Source: Chiloscyllium plagiosum (Eukaryota). From it: 64,000 bases of DNA. Positions within the stretch are counted from its first letter, which is position 1. Each line of letters starts with the position of its first letter. Location: positions 83,618,465 through 83,682,464 of the forward strand of contig NC_057711.1 in NCBI RefSeq assembly GCF_004010195.1, given 5' to 3'. The position numbers were made by a program, and so were the translations under genes. Shown here in pieces: positions 13,046 to 26,013 of the stretch. The notes under the pieces were generated by a model. The model saw only the letters and a program-made list of their open reading frames with translations, was not told the DNA's origin and ran no database searches.

Positions 13046-16000
13046 CTCAGGAGGTAGAAAACTGAAAGTAAGGATTACATATTGTTGTGGCAAAGGATCA
13101 GAATGTCAATCTAGTTATAGACTCATTTTAACTTTTAATTCCAAAATGTATTGTTCTTAGAAGGAGGTCAGTGACAGAAAAGCTACGTATTTAAGTTTAG
13201 TGACTGACAAATCAATTGACTGTTAAGGAAACATCAAACAGGGAACAATAACATTTGACGATAAAGTAAAATGAGCAACATTAGATTATTTGCCATGACA
13301 CGGAAATTCCTTTCCTCTGAATGAGTTTCTTTATTTAAGAAATATCTTTGTTCATTGGAAATTTCATGACTTTGCTGTCTGCACTTGCTGTACGTTTGAT
13401 CTTGTTTCAGACTCCACTCCATCCTGAACATGTCCTGCTTTATCCAGGGCCACCTTCTCCAGCAAAATCTTCATAATCAATGTTTTAGGATTGCTCTAGA
13501 TGCAGGCAAGTAAATACTAACTCCCTTCAAGTACAATGCGTTTAAAAACTTCTATATCCTGAGTTCCCAACATACGTTAGGTTGACATAGCACTGCCTAC
13601 ATGGAAAACATGCAAGGATCTGAAATAAATTATTTAAATTTAGCAAACCTTGTCAAACCCCAATGGAATTGGCTCACCACACAATGAGGTCAAGGAAATC
13701 CTCTTTTTGGCCCAATCACAGAATAACCGTCCAAATTGTTAAATACATGCAATTATTTGTTTATGAATACTACTCAGATCTATAAGAGGGATAGAAATGT
13801 ATTTAAAATGATTTATTATAGCCATTATTTGCTATGTAACAAAATTTAAAGTAGCTCATTTTGTTCCTCATTAAGAATAAGAATGAGTATTCCAGATTTA
13901 TTAATTCTCACCAGTGTAACATGCTGAAAATCAAGTCTGCAGTTCCTTGGGTTGTCACAAAAATTAAAGAATTTAAAGTATGCAAAATTCATCAATTTAC
14001 CTGTCTTTTAGACCCACATTGACCTTCTGAAAGCAAGTGAAAGAATGTGGAAATTATTATTATTTAACAAAAACGACTATTTATTATGAATAAATAAATT
14101 CTAACAGCAGGTAAACAGCCATGATCTGTCAATGTATAACGGCGCTAGATAAATCTCTAACACCCTACTTAAACCCATCCCTACACACGTACAGACAGGC
14201 ATAAACAGGCAGAAGACATTGGCATTATGGGGGGAGGGGGAATCATGAGCAGTTCAATTACCTTAGACTACAGGGCTAGCTAATCTGATCCTTTTACTCA
14301 CAGGATTTTCTATTCTTCAGTCTCTTTCACTTCTTCACAGGAGGCACATGCAATTTGCACTTTAACAGTAAAGTCTCTCTATTTATCGTTAAAGGACACA
14401 GTTTACAGTAATTGGTGAGAGAAAATAAATTAGCTTTCTTCAGGCTTTCCATATTTTACTGGAAAGAAAGACACACTGTTGTGCCCTTACAACAGGATGA
14501 AGGCTTCTACCAGTGTTATGCATATCCATAAGCTATTCTGCTTCTCAATCACATAATCATTGTAAATCTGATGGCTTTGTCATTCACAATTGGTCACAAC
14601 TCCACAAACTAATCAGTAATCTGCTGCTGGCCAAAACCCACTCTGCGTACGTTTATTGGTGCTGGCCAGTCGACAAACAATACCACCACTGCGAGAGCAA
14701 AGCAACAGTGTAAACACAGTTTCCAATCAGTTTTGGCAGCTTTCTTTTCAAACATGCAGCAATTGCTTCCACAGTACTTGCTTTCACAACTGTCCCTTTC
14801 CCACTTCAGTCAACAATCAAAAATACAGAAATGTAAAAAAACTATGGTCTTTACATTATAAATAAATACAAATGTGCTCATTAAATTCTGCTAAGGATGA
14901 TGCCACTTTGGAAAAAGCCTTGTTTTCTAAAATGAGTTGCAAGAATTTTGTTTTATAAAATAATAAATTAATTTAGCAACTTTCACGGTGTAATGTTTGT
15001 GCTTATCAAGGTTAAGAAGGTTGAGGATTGGGCTTGGAGACATTTAGGGTTGGTATTAAGTGTATGTTGGTACAGGGAAGTGGGGAAGATCCATGGCTTA
15101 CTCAGTTACTGAAATCCAACCTCACAGAAGGTCTCTAAGGAAATATTAATTTCACAGTGACAGTTCCAAAGAGTCTGGCTGACTGATCAAATATAACCGA
15201 ATGTGGAAAGGATTGAAAAGTTAAAAGGATGATAGTGTCTTTCTGTAATTATGTAATGCATTCTTAGGAAGGGACACTGCACTGACATGTTAACTCTGAT
15301 TTCTTGGTTTTCTTGAGAATGGAATTCCTCAGTACGGTGCAGTGAAGTGAGAGACAAGCATCTCAAAATTGTTGGAAGGTTCCACTCTCTCTAATTTATA
15401 AGCGTATTTGGGTTTCTCAGATGAATATACTTTAGTTCAGAAATCTTGAAAATGTCTCATTAATTTTGAATAACCATGTTCTAGAGGAGTTTGTGGTTAC
15501 TGTGTTGAGAACACCTTTGTAGTTTATGCAGCTAGTGTCTGAACTATCCCTAGGTATGTGAAGCTCCTTCTGCCATGCCTCAAACAGGGCCCTGATATTC
15601 CTTGTTTTAATAGTAGAGTTTCAGATTGAAACATGGAAAAAAGAGTAACTAGAACACTCAATTCTTGCTGGCATTTTTAACTGCACAAATTCTGGGATGT
15701 TATTACCTTATCCCTTTAAAACCATTGTCATCACTGTTCCATTTCAAGAAAAAGAGGCCAAAGTATTTAACAACAGCAGGAACTTTAGTGTATAAAGTGT
15801 TGAATCTACAATGCAGCAAGCTACACTGAGCCGTTTCCCTCCAAAATAGTCAATGACACAGTCATTATGTCATGTGATCAGAGTCTTAAAGTGACAGTAC
15901 ACCTTATTTACAGAAATATGCAACATTCCTCCTCCTTTGCATCAGAGGTTCCTGAAATGAAATAAGTAACAATATTTATAACCATATATACAACAGTTAG

Positions 16001-16261
16001 CTCCAGAGGACATTGATAACGTTAACTGTTGGCACACTTAAGGCATTTATTTATTTCTCTTGCTGCTTTTCTGGACATTGCCTATTCTGCATACAATCTT
16101 TGGTGCTGGTTGATCCATTTCACATTTTAAAATAACAGTTCCTTTCTCTTCAGATTTCTTTGCTGTACAATTTATGGAGCTGTTTCCCTCCAAAAAGACT
16201 GACACCATCATCATGCCTCATGATCAGGCTCTTAAAATGACAGCCCAACATAATTATGTAA

Positions 16262-16397
16262 GAAAAGCTGAAAGAACTGTGAATGCTGTAAATCCGAAAC
16301 AAAAAATAAATTGCTGGAAAAGCTCAGCAGGTCTGGCAATATCTGTGGAGAGAAATTAAAGTTAACATGTCGGTGCAGTGACCCTTCCTCAGAATGC
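16262..16397 (-). mobile_element. Old Penelope terminal-repeat fragment
   Basis: tgctggaaaagctcagcaggtctggca...gttaacatgtcggtgcagtgacccttcctcagaa, with a degraded CTGAGGAA-stem core on the minus strand. Confidence 0.65.
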
Positions 16398-16589
16398 ATT
16401 ACATAATTACATAAATACACAACAATCAACCTTTTAACTTTTCAATCCTTTCCACTACAGGCCAATTCTGTATCTATCTTTCCCTGTTCAAAACTAAACA
16501 GCATAGTTTTCATCAGGACTGTAGCATCAAAGCCTCTCTGGCGAAAATTATGAAAGAACATTCCACATGACTGAAGACTTTTTTTAGGT

Positions 16590-17058
16590 GTTAACAGAAT
16601 GAGGACACTGCTTGTTAGGCCAGCAATTTGCCAATCTTTAATAGCCCTTGTGAAAGTGGTGGTGAGCAAACATTTTGAAATGCTGCAGTTCTTGGACTCA
16701 ATTTACACCCACAGTGCTGCTGGTAAGTGGGTTCCAGAATTCCTCCCAAGTCAGGGTGGTGTGTAGCTGCAATGAGAATCTGCAGTTGGTGTTTTTCCAA
16801 TGCATCTTCTGCCTTTGTCCTTCCAGGTCGTTGCAGTTTTGGAAAGTGTTTCCAAAGGAGCCTGGGTAAGCTGTTGCAGTGCATCTTATGGATGGTACTC
16901 TATGTTGATGATAAAAGGAGTAAATGTCAAAGGTGAATGGATGGGTACCAATTAAGTAGGTTACTTTGTCCTGAATGGTGTCAAGATTCTCAAACAGTGT
17001 TGGAGATGCGATGCACCCACCCAAGCAAATACAGAGTATCCAATTATACACTTGACTT
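16590..17058 (-). mobile_element. CR1-clade LINE 3' fragment (second LINE family)
   Basis: Minus-strand peptide LDTIQDKVTYLIG...YSFYHQHRV, homologous to 44030-44490. Confidence 0.75.
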
Positions 17059-17059
17059 G

Positions 17060-17368
17060 ATAGAATCCCCTACAATGTGGAAACAGGCCATTTAGCCCAA
17101 CAAGTCCTCATCAACCTTCCAAAGAGTATCTCACCCAGACCCTATTACTCTACATTTCCCTGACTAATACTCCTAACCAAATATCCCTGGAGACTATGGG
17201 CAATGTAGCATGGCCAATTCACCTAACCTGCACATCTTCGTATTATGGGAGGAAACCAGAGCACCCGGAGGAAACCCACGCAGACACAGGGAGAAAGATG
17301 CCCAAGGCTAGAATCGAACCCAGGTCCTTGACGCTGTGAGGCAGCAGTGCTAACCACTGAGCCACCAA
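17060..17368 (-). mobile_element. HE1-like SINE
   Basis: Reverse complement of the 991-1294 family (gcatggccaattcacctaacctgcacatc...gcagcagtgctaaccactgagccacc). Confidence 0.88.
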
Positions 17369-18189
17369 GCTGCACATAAGACTTGTGCCTTGGAGATGAT
17401 GAGCATATACTGGGGAGACTTGAGGTGAATTATTTACCACAGTGCATGCACAGCATGGCCAAGTCAAATTCTTGATGCAGGCACTCTGTTTTCTACTTCT
17501 AACAGTGTCAGATGGATAATTATTTTAGAAATGTTGTTAAGTTGTATCGGTGGATCAGATGGCTCATAGCATCTGAAATCTGTGAGGACATAGGAACAAA
17601 TGCAACAATAAGCCTGGCCACCACTTCATCATTTTCTACCATCCTCCAATAGCAAAGAAAAGCCAAACTAAATGGTTTAAGATCCATGAGACTGTTTGAA
17701 GATTGTTGATAGTATGAAACAGAGGTGGGCAGATATTCAGACCAGCATCCACCCTGCTTGCATTTGCTGGACAAAAATGCACAGAATTGAAATTTATGAC
17801 TGTTAGATTGCGTATCTCTCACCACACCCACTCTCCTTCATATGTCCCATGCTCCCACTATATCACCATTTCTCTTCATATTTTCCATTCCTTCTTCCCA
17901 GTCAATTCCATAAGTCTTATATCTCCCACTTATTTTATATGCCACTGCAACCTTCATACTACCTCAAATCTCCCCTGCCCACTACTTATCCCTCAAACCC
18001 CATCATATTTTCCATACTCCTTCCATACAACACCTACACCTTTATTCCCCCTCTAATTCCCTGTTGTCATCTCCATGGCCCTCGATAACCATTATATCCC
18101 GTCATATCCCTCATTCCCCTCTATGCTGCCTGCCCTTTATCTCCTCATAATTTGTATGATTCTCCTTTCAACCACGTTGCACTTTATAT

Positions 18190-18500
18190 TCCCAGGGCAG
18201 GATTGACTGGTACGAGAAGTCATAGGTTGAAGATATTAGGAGGAATATATAAAGGAGATGTCAGAGGTAGGCTCTTTACGCAGAGAGTTGTGAATGCATG
18301 GAATGCGATGCCAGCTGTGGTGGTGGCCGCAGAGTCATTGGAGACATTTAAGCGACTGCTGGACATGCACATGGATAGCAGTGAATTGAGGGGTGCCTGG
18401 GTTAAGTTACTATATTTTACATTAGGATTAAATCTCGGCACAACATCGTGAGCCAAAGGGTATTTTCTGTGCTGTACTTTTCTATGTTCTATGTTCTATG
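18190..18500 (+). mobile_element. CR1 LINE 3' end
   Basis: Encodes TRSHRLKILGG.YKGDVRGRLFTQRVVNAWNAMP; (TTCTATG)n tail at 18480-18500. Confidence 0.9.
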
Positions 18501-21500
18501 TATATATCTGTCTTGCATCCTCTGTACGCACCCAGCCATTGTCCACTATTGACAGAACCTATGAGTTGTATAACAACATGAGAATTTTTAAAAATATTTA
18601 AGAAAAATCATGAATTAAAAGTCCTTTTTCAAAAACAGTTTCCTTTTGCATGTTCATAAAGCTATTACCAAAACACATAATCACGTAAACGCTAGTTGAA
18701 AGAAATCCCACCTTAAGTGTTCAATAATCTGTCAAAATAAAGAAATAAACCTTCATAAACCTCTTTAGTGCTCAACCAAACATCCATAATGAGCTTGCAA
18801 TACACCACAATATAGATTCAATGGAGCTATATCACTGTATTAAATACATACTCAACTCATTGTGTAACAGGTAATTATGAATTCGACAAGAAATTCTATA
18901 CTTACCTGCCAAAGTGTACATACTCCACAACAGATTTTCCCTTTGTTTTGTACATTGATTAACATAATATGTTTTGCATAGCTTTCAGGAACCCGTTGCC
19001 TCATCGAAGCTTTCAAATGCATGGAAATTGAAAATTGATGCATACATTTAAATTTTGGTTGAACTGACATCACTTTGACTGTACTGTTGACTTGAAACCA
19101 CCTTGTTTCCATTGCCAAACAGATGGCAAGGCAGTTTGGCCAGTCACAGGATGACAAAATCCAGCCCTCTTTCTCTGGCTGAATTTATAGAACTGCAAGG
19201 GATTGAAAATGTTAAAGCCCGAACTTCAGGAGTGAAGTTGAGAAATCATAGAAAGGCTGGTACGGTTTAGAGCTCTCTTATTTAATTGGCTGTTGGTGAT
19301 AGATTAATTTTAAATTTTAAATGTGCGATTGATTGTTTTTTGTTAATCAAAGATACTAAAAGATCTAGGAAAAAGGCAGGTAGTTGGAGTTTGATCACGG
19401 TGCCATGAGAGATATACCAGAGATTGTGGCAGGAGGCCTTGAATGACTATTAGTTTGCCTCTTAAGAGCCTGAGTTGGGTCAGACACAAGTGGGTTGCCC
19501 AATGTCTTCCCTGCTGCAGTTAAAATATCTGTCAGGAAGGCAGCAACGGGTTGGAGACAACCAGTGCACCACTGTTGTGGTGGACAATATTATGTCCTCA
19601 TCTTCAATACACCCCCAGGGAGCCATAAAATTCACGTCTCTACGCAAGTAAACACATACCATGAGCCCCAACCAATCATTTTAATTCAGCCAGTAATGTA
19701 TGCTTCCTGCTCTTAAATACAGAACTAAATTGAAATAGCTACGTTTTCTTCAGTGCAAATACAGAAGAATTTTTAAATTAAATTTAGACTGTCTAAATAA
19801 TTTCTTCAGCATGGGATTTTCTCTACTCAAACTAAGACTGGCTTTTTAAAAAGGAAATTGTTGATACAATGAAATAAAAACATTAACATGATTTATAATA
19901 CAATGCTTTGAAATTTGCTAGGTAACATATCATGTATACATCATAATGAAATTAAAATGTTCATATCACTTCACATTGAGTTGAAGGACATACTAACTAT
20001 GCTATCTCTCTGCGCAAACCATGTTATCAAAAGATCTACAAACTCATTCCACTAACCTTTCTTTCTTAGCTAAGCTTTCTGATTAATAGAGCAAGTTTAA
20101 AAAGGCAATTATGTCAGAGTCCAGATAAACCGCTCAAACTTTACTCTAATGATTAGAGTGATTCAATAACCTGCATCCTGCTACCATGTAACTCACTTGC
20201 CATAATACTTCACTCTCGCTTGACTACCATCTCTTATTCAGGGAACAGGACTCAGAATACCAACTTATATCTCAGAAAGAAATAGAACCTCTTACAACAG
20301 CAAATATCAGATATTCTGGATAATCTGCAAACTTATCACAAACACGTGTAACTCATCTGTCACAGTATTGGAATAAGCAGCTGCATCACTATTGTAACCC
20401 AAAAAAAATGAAAATATAACAGTTTACCAGCAGTAGCGAAGAGAAAAGATATTCGTTACCTAAGCATGTGTTCTCCAGTTTTCATCAGTAATACAAAGGA
20501 AAGGAGAAGCATTTTTATCCAGTCGCAGAGGAATCTCAATGTGCTTTAAAAAAAGAAAAGTGAAATAGTTGCTGACAAAAACCTCTTCAAGATTACATCC
20601 TCTGCTCCAGTTTCCGGCCAAAGACCAAGAAATATAGTTAGATAAGCAAAACTGTCTAGGATAAATCATAAATGGTAAAAGTTAGAAGGGAGTAATTTCA
20701 GAGCTGGATTTAAACATTGATTTAGGTGATGTTCAGCAAACTTTACATTTCCTTTATAACACAAATCTGTCAGAGATTTCAGGAACCTAATGGTGGAATT
20801 AATGTAGAGTTAAAGGAAATGGCAACATGAAACATTCTTGTGCTAGTATTTAGTTGTAAATGTTCATTTTATTTGTGTTTATTGGATTAGTTGTGTGTTG
20901 AAAAGGCTAAAGGCAATCAAAGAAATGTGATGAACTATAGTTCAGTTTATAAATTAAAGTGAGGGTTCTATCACTAGGGCATATAGAGTTGAGAAGATTC
21001 ATAATCTTCCAATATTATTAGTTTTCCAACAAAAACTGTCATCAGGTGCAAGATTCCACAAAGCACTGTAGTCAATCTTTCCACCGTTTAACCTCAGTAC
21101 CTTTCTGACATGGGGGAAATGATGAATCAATTGATCAATTAATGGATCAATAACTCTGTTTTGACATTCTGCATTAAGAAGTAACTAATTGGCCGATGGT
21201 AAATGCTTTTTAAAACATATCCTGGAAATCAATAATGCAGTAACTGCATTTTAAACAGAAGAATGCACAAAACCACCAGGAAGGATATGGACTCACATCA
21301 TCTTTAAAGGGAATAGTGGTACAAGCAAGCCAGGCCACAATTTATCTGTTTTCATTTATGGTTTTGTCTTTTTGATTATCTTATACACCTTTTAACTACC
21401 TAAAGAAGTAACTACTAAATCCTTAATTAAACAATTTGGTTCATCCGTTCCAATTACGTGTATGGTCAAACTTGAGCTGCAGACCCTTTCTCTTTATAAA

Positions 21501-21989
21501 GACTTCAAAATGTGATATTTTTCTTGCCTTTTCTCAAGTGAAGTACAGAGAGATTAGTAATATCCTTTAAACCAGACAAGATATAGCACTGTCTTTTGTT
21601 GCTGCTTTAAAATATTTCAATGTGACTTTTAAGTCCAAAGGTGGTAAGTTTAACATTTAATTTTCAAATACCTTTCTGTAGTTGCTTGGTGCAGGTTCTG
21701 GATTATCAAAAACACTTGAATTGGGGGGCTAAGTAGGACAAGTTTAAATGGACCATTACAGCAAGACCTTCTTTGGAACTTTCTATAAGGGTACATTGTA
21801 AGTCAGGATTCCATCCCTTGCTCCATATCATTCTGTTCCAGACTTTAATGTCATGGGTTTACATAAACTTGAGAAACAGCAACTCATTTTCAATTAGGTA
21901 CTTGATGAAACCTTCCAGACTCAACATCCACCTGAACAGATGGAGTCAATGGAGGAGAAGGAAATGAATGAGGCAGGGGAGTAGATACC

Positions 21990-23670
21990 AGTGAGAAACA
22001 AGCAGAGAAAGAAAACATATTGAGTCCCCACATGCCCACAGCAAAACAGAAAGAGGCAGCTGCACACCAACAGTTCCTCTGGCAATGAAGACATGTGGAG
22101 GGATAGCCACCAACAAAAAAAAGACACAGCTCCACAGGGGAGAAGGAGAGGATTAACCTGGAAGGACTGGACATTGTGAGGGATCCGGTGAAACCCATCT
22201 TCCAGCAGTCGGGAACCGGGGGTACCCCAGGCAATCAGGAGCAGCAATGCTCCAAATCAGGAGCAGAGCACAACAGGCCCTCTGTTGGACTCCAAACCAC
22301 ACCTTCCTGGCTTCATTCTCGCCCCAAAGATTCCGGATCAGGGCATTTCCCCCCAGGGAGGAAAAGGACAGCTACCTTAGCATGGAGAGTGTCAAATATT
22401 TTGTCCACCACAGGGATGCAGGGAGTCCTCCAATCACAAGGCCACGGGGCAATGAACAATGGGTCTACAGATAATTCTATAAACTCTCAAAATGGATTTT
22501 AAAATTGCCAATATTAATGTGTGTAGCATTAAATCTACTACACTTTGTGTTTCCATGTTGACTTACCTGGTCAACGTCAAAACAGACCTCCTGTTTCTGC
22601 AGAATCGTGGGATACTGCACCTGAATAGTCACAGGAAATGGTCAAGCTCATGGGCTCATGGGCCTTCGATTTGGTTAGGGGGAAACTATTGCTATTCCTC
22701 TGGCCTGGGCATTCTGCTGCAAGGAGGTAACTTCACCATCTCTGAAGGTAAGGAGGTGGTGGGTGGGTGCCTCATTGTAGCAGATATTACATAGAGAAAC
22801 ACTCCCTGAGACTAATTAATGTGTACGCCCTGTTGGTAATGAGGGAGCAGCTGCCTATCCTGCAGCAGCTCCTATGGCTGCTGACCTCATCCATGCCAGT
22901 CATGCTGGCTAGAGGCTTCAACTGCATCATTGATGCAGATGGATGAGCCGCAGGGGCTGACAGCAAACTGGATGCATCGTTTGGCATTTGGCAGAATGAC
23001 TTATCACCAGAACTTTTGAACAAACATCAAGACATTACTTGGCTGGTGGTGAGAAGGGCACTACCTGTACGATCCTTCACGTATGCCTGGACTCTCCATC
23101 ACCACAAGCTGCCCTTGAAGTGGCTGCAGAGGAGACAGTGACTGTCACACACCTCATTCTGGAGTGTGCCTTTGCAAAAGATTTTTGTAATCCCGAGCAG
23201 CTCTGTGCTCTACCAATGGTTCCCTGGGATGCACACCAAGATAAACATCGACTGTGCTTGGATGACCATCCACTCAGTGAAAGACACTCTTTGATTTGCC
23301 CAAAACTTGTTGTCATCCAGAGCAAGGAGTTGACCTCAACTGCATGTTGCAGACCGGTGCATTCCAAGGTGCAGGACTACACGTTGAAGGACGCATTAAA
23401 GCTTGTGGCAGATGCCACTAAGGCACAACAGGAAAAGTCCTCCATCTAAGGTCTTTCTGCAGAATTTAAATGGGTTTTGATCAATTATTGTACCCTCCTG
23501 GTGCCTCAAATGTATGTAAATATAGTCTTGTATAAGTAAGTACGGTTGGTTGTTGGATAGAGCCAAACTCCAATGTTTGTTTGTTTCTTCATATGCTACT
23601 GTCCAGAACCAAACTGCTTTAGTATTACATTCATACTAAAGATATTTTTATGAATAAATATGTTTCAGAA
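21990..23670 (+). mobile_element. Tx1/L1-clade non-LTR retrotransposon, degraded and internally deleted
   Basis: APE endonuclease start KIANINVCSIK...DLLFLQ...GLGILL...LRLINVYA at about 22492-22980, joined directly to a C-terminal region homologous to 53721-54230; AATAAA at about 23654. Confidence 0.85.
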
Positions 23671-23711
23671 ATTTTTTCCTTAGTGTAAACCAATGTTACA
23701 ACAATATTGAA

Positions 23712-23880
23712 AGTTTGTGAAAAGATTTGTAGCTCGGGTGCTCGTTGTTGTGGTTCTGTTCGCCGAGCTGGGAATTTGTGTTGCAGACGTTTCTAGGTGA
23801 CATCCTCAGTGCTTGGGAGCCTCCTGTGAAGTGCTTCTGTGATGTTTCCTCCGGCATTTATAGTGGTTTGAATCTGCCGT
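23712..23880 (-). mobile_element. Penelope terminal-repeat fragment
   Basis: Reverse complement of 25078-25192 plus downstream terminal sequence. Confidence 0.85.
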
Positions 23881-24494
23881 GTAAATTTTAATGGACATTG
23901 ATTTAAATTTCACGATACAGAGTAGGATGTCAAATATTTATGACCAGAATTTTGCAGCAAAGTTTGTAAAATAATGACGCAAGTAAGGAAGATCAGTTAT
24001 GAAAATTACCTTAAATATAGCCAATTGTGTGTTAAGTTGAATGAGTTCCCTATTACTATCAGTAGTTGTATTGAATTACATCAAAAATGCTTATTAACAT
24101 TTGTATCACCATCCTTTCACCATCATATCTTCATTGTTCCCTTTTGTTATTAAGTAACATATTGTAAGTTATGGATAAAATTACATTTTTACATCTGAAC
24201 ACAGTGTACAATTTTGTATGTATGTATAATGTATTATGTGTTCTCCATATGGCTATGCTAACGTCTTTAGTTAGAATGGTGGACGTTTCCACCACTTCTC
24301 TGTGAATGTGTTCAACACGAGGTAGTATTTACCTCGAAACGGTATGCACAGTAATGCTATGTAATATTACAGAATAAAATCCTTTGGTTGCAAGAAGATC
24401 ACTTTAATTTTTGTGACAGTGTAACATGTGATCCATTTTCCCCATCTTGAGTTATTTATTTCTGCAGACGAATGATATTAATTTACAATTACCT

Positions 24495-24742
24495 GCTATG
24501 GACTAGGCCAGACCACTCAAAACATTCTTGAGCAGGCAACCCAGACCATAACTTTGCAATTTGTTTCGGTAAGTGTACAGTGAGAATTGCCCGGAGTAAG
24601 TTAGCTAGGCTGACTATTAGGTTTTAAAACAGACAGAAATGTATTCACAAAATTACACAATAAAACACAAAGAACAGAATAAAGAACCCCTACAGAACTC
24701 AGTCCATCCAAACTAGACTTAATTATGCAAACTAGACTTAAT
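24495..24742 (-). mobile_element. Truncated LTR-like repeat related to the 10006/48798 family
   Basis: Begins TGCTATGGACTAGGCCAGACCACTCAAAACATT, similar to TGTTATGTACCAGACCAGACCCCCTCGAAATATT at 10006. Confidence 0.55.
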
Positions 24743-24743
24743 C

Positions 24744-25192
24744 ATGAGCAAAACCAATGTAGTGTACAAAATCCCATGCAAGGACTGCACAAAACACTAC
24801 ATAGGACAAACAGGAAGACAGCTAACGATCCGTATCCATGAACACCAACTAGCCACGAAACGACATGACCAGCTATCCTTAGTAGCCACACACGCGGATG
24901 ACAAGCAATATGAATTCGACTGGAACAAACTACTATTATAGGACAAGCCAAACAGAGAACAGCCAGGGAATCCCGAGAGGCATGGCACCCATCCACAGAT
25001 GCTATCAACAAATACATTGACCTGGACCCAACATACCAGCCACTGCAACGGACAGCTGGAACTGACAACCGGAAGCGACAGATTCAAACCACTACAAATG
25101 CCGGAGGAAACATCACAGAAGTGCTTCACAGGAGGCTCCCAAGCACTGAGGATGTCACCTAGACAGGGGACGGAGTGTCTGCAACACAAATT
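24744..25192 (+). mobile_element. Penelope-like element 3' fragment with GIY-YIG endonuclease (frameshifted)
   Basis: SKTNVVYKIPCKDCTKHYIGQTGRQLTIRIHEHQ (VVY...YIG..R..EH), followed by a terminal repeat with a degraded CTGAGGA core. Confidence 0.92.
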
Positions 25193-25515
25193 ACAACAAT
25201 ACTATGCAAAAAGTCCAACATCTGTTTCACATATATGTGTCCCTTACCAAACTTTAGCTCATGCTAATGCAATGAAAGGTGCATTTTTGCTAAGCATGTG
25301 CATTTTCTGAAGGTTTAGCAAACTATTCAGATCCTGGATAATGACTGCTTTGCAGCCAAGTTTCTAGTTCTATAACCATTGATTCCTATCAAAATGAATA
25401 GCTTGAGAGTGAGACAGAATCAATCCTTGAGACAGAACATTTTTGGTAACAGCATTGATTTTTGATCCAGTGCACTTACAGAAAACTCCCTTCCAAATTG
25501 GAGACCCCTATCAGG

Positions 25516-26013
25516 CCAGGCAGCAGCCAAGGAGCAGGAGAATCGATGTTTTGGGTATTAGCCCTTCTTCAGGAATGAGGAGGGTGTCCAGGCAGGCTAA
25601 GATAAAATGTAGGGAGGAGGGACTTGGAGGAGGGGCGTTGGGAATACGATAGGTGGAAGGTTAGGTGAATTTCCCTCTCCCCACCTTAACTCAGTCCCAA
25701 CCCTCGGACTCAGCACTGCTTTCTTGACTTGCAATCTTCTTCCCGACCTCTCCGCCCCCACCCCCTCTCTGGCCTATCACCTTCACCTTAACCTCCTTCC
25801 AACTATCACATTCCCAACGCCCCTCCCCCAAGTCCCTCCTCCCTAGCTTTTATCTTAGCCTGCTTGGCACACCTTCCTCATTCCTGAAGAAGGGCTCATG
25901 CCCGAAACGTCGATTCTCCTGCTCCTTGGATGCTGCCAGACCTGCTGCACTTTTCCAGTAACACATTTTCAGCTCTGATCTCCAGCATCTGCAGTCCTCA
26001 CTTTCTCCTAACT
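25516..26013. mobile_element. Fold-back Penelope-derived insertion (two inverted terminal-repeat copies)
   Basis: TSD GACCCCTATCAGG at 25503-25515 and 26014-26026; arm at about 25516-25665 is inverted relative to about 25785-25940. Confidence 0.88.
25884..25913 (+). ncRNA. Minimal hammerhead-ribozyme-like motif in a PLE terminal repeat
   Basis: CTGAAGA-A-GGGC-TCAT-GCCC-GAAAC-GTCGA: both conserved core boxes flank a 4-bp stem II. Confidence 0.6.

Noticed and set aside
14880..16250. Possible decayed LTR-retrotransposon internal sequence
   Set aside because: No motif clear enough to support a call.
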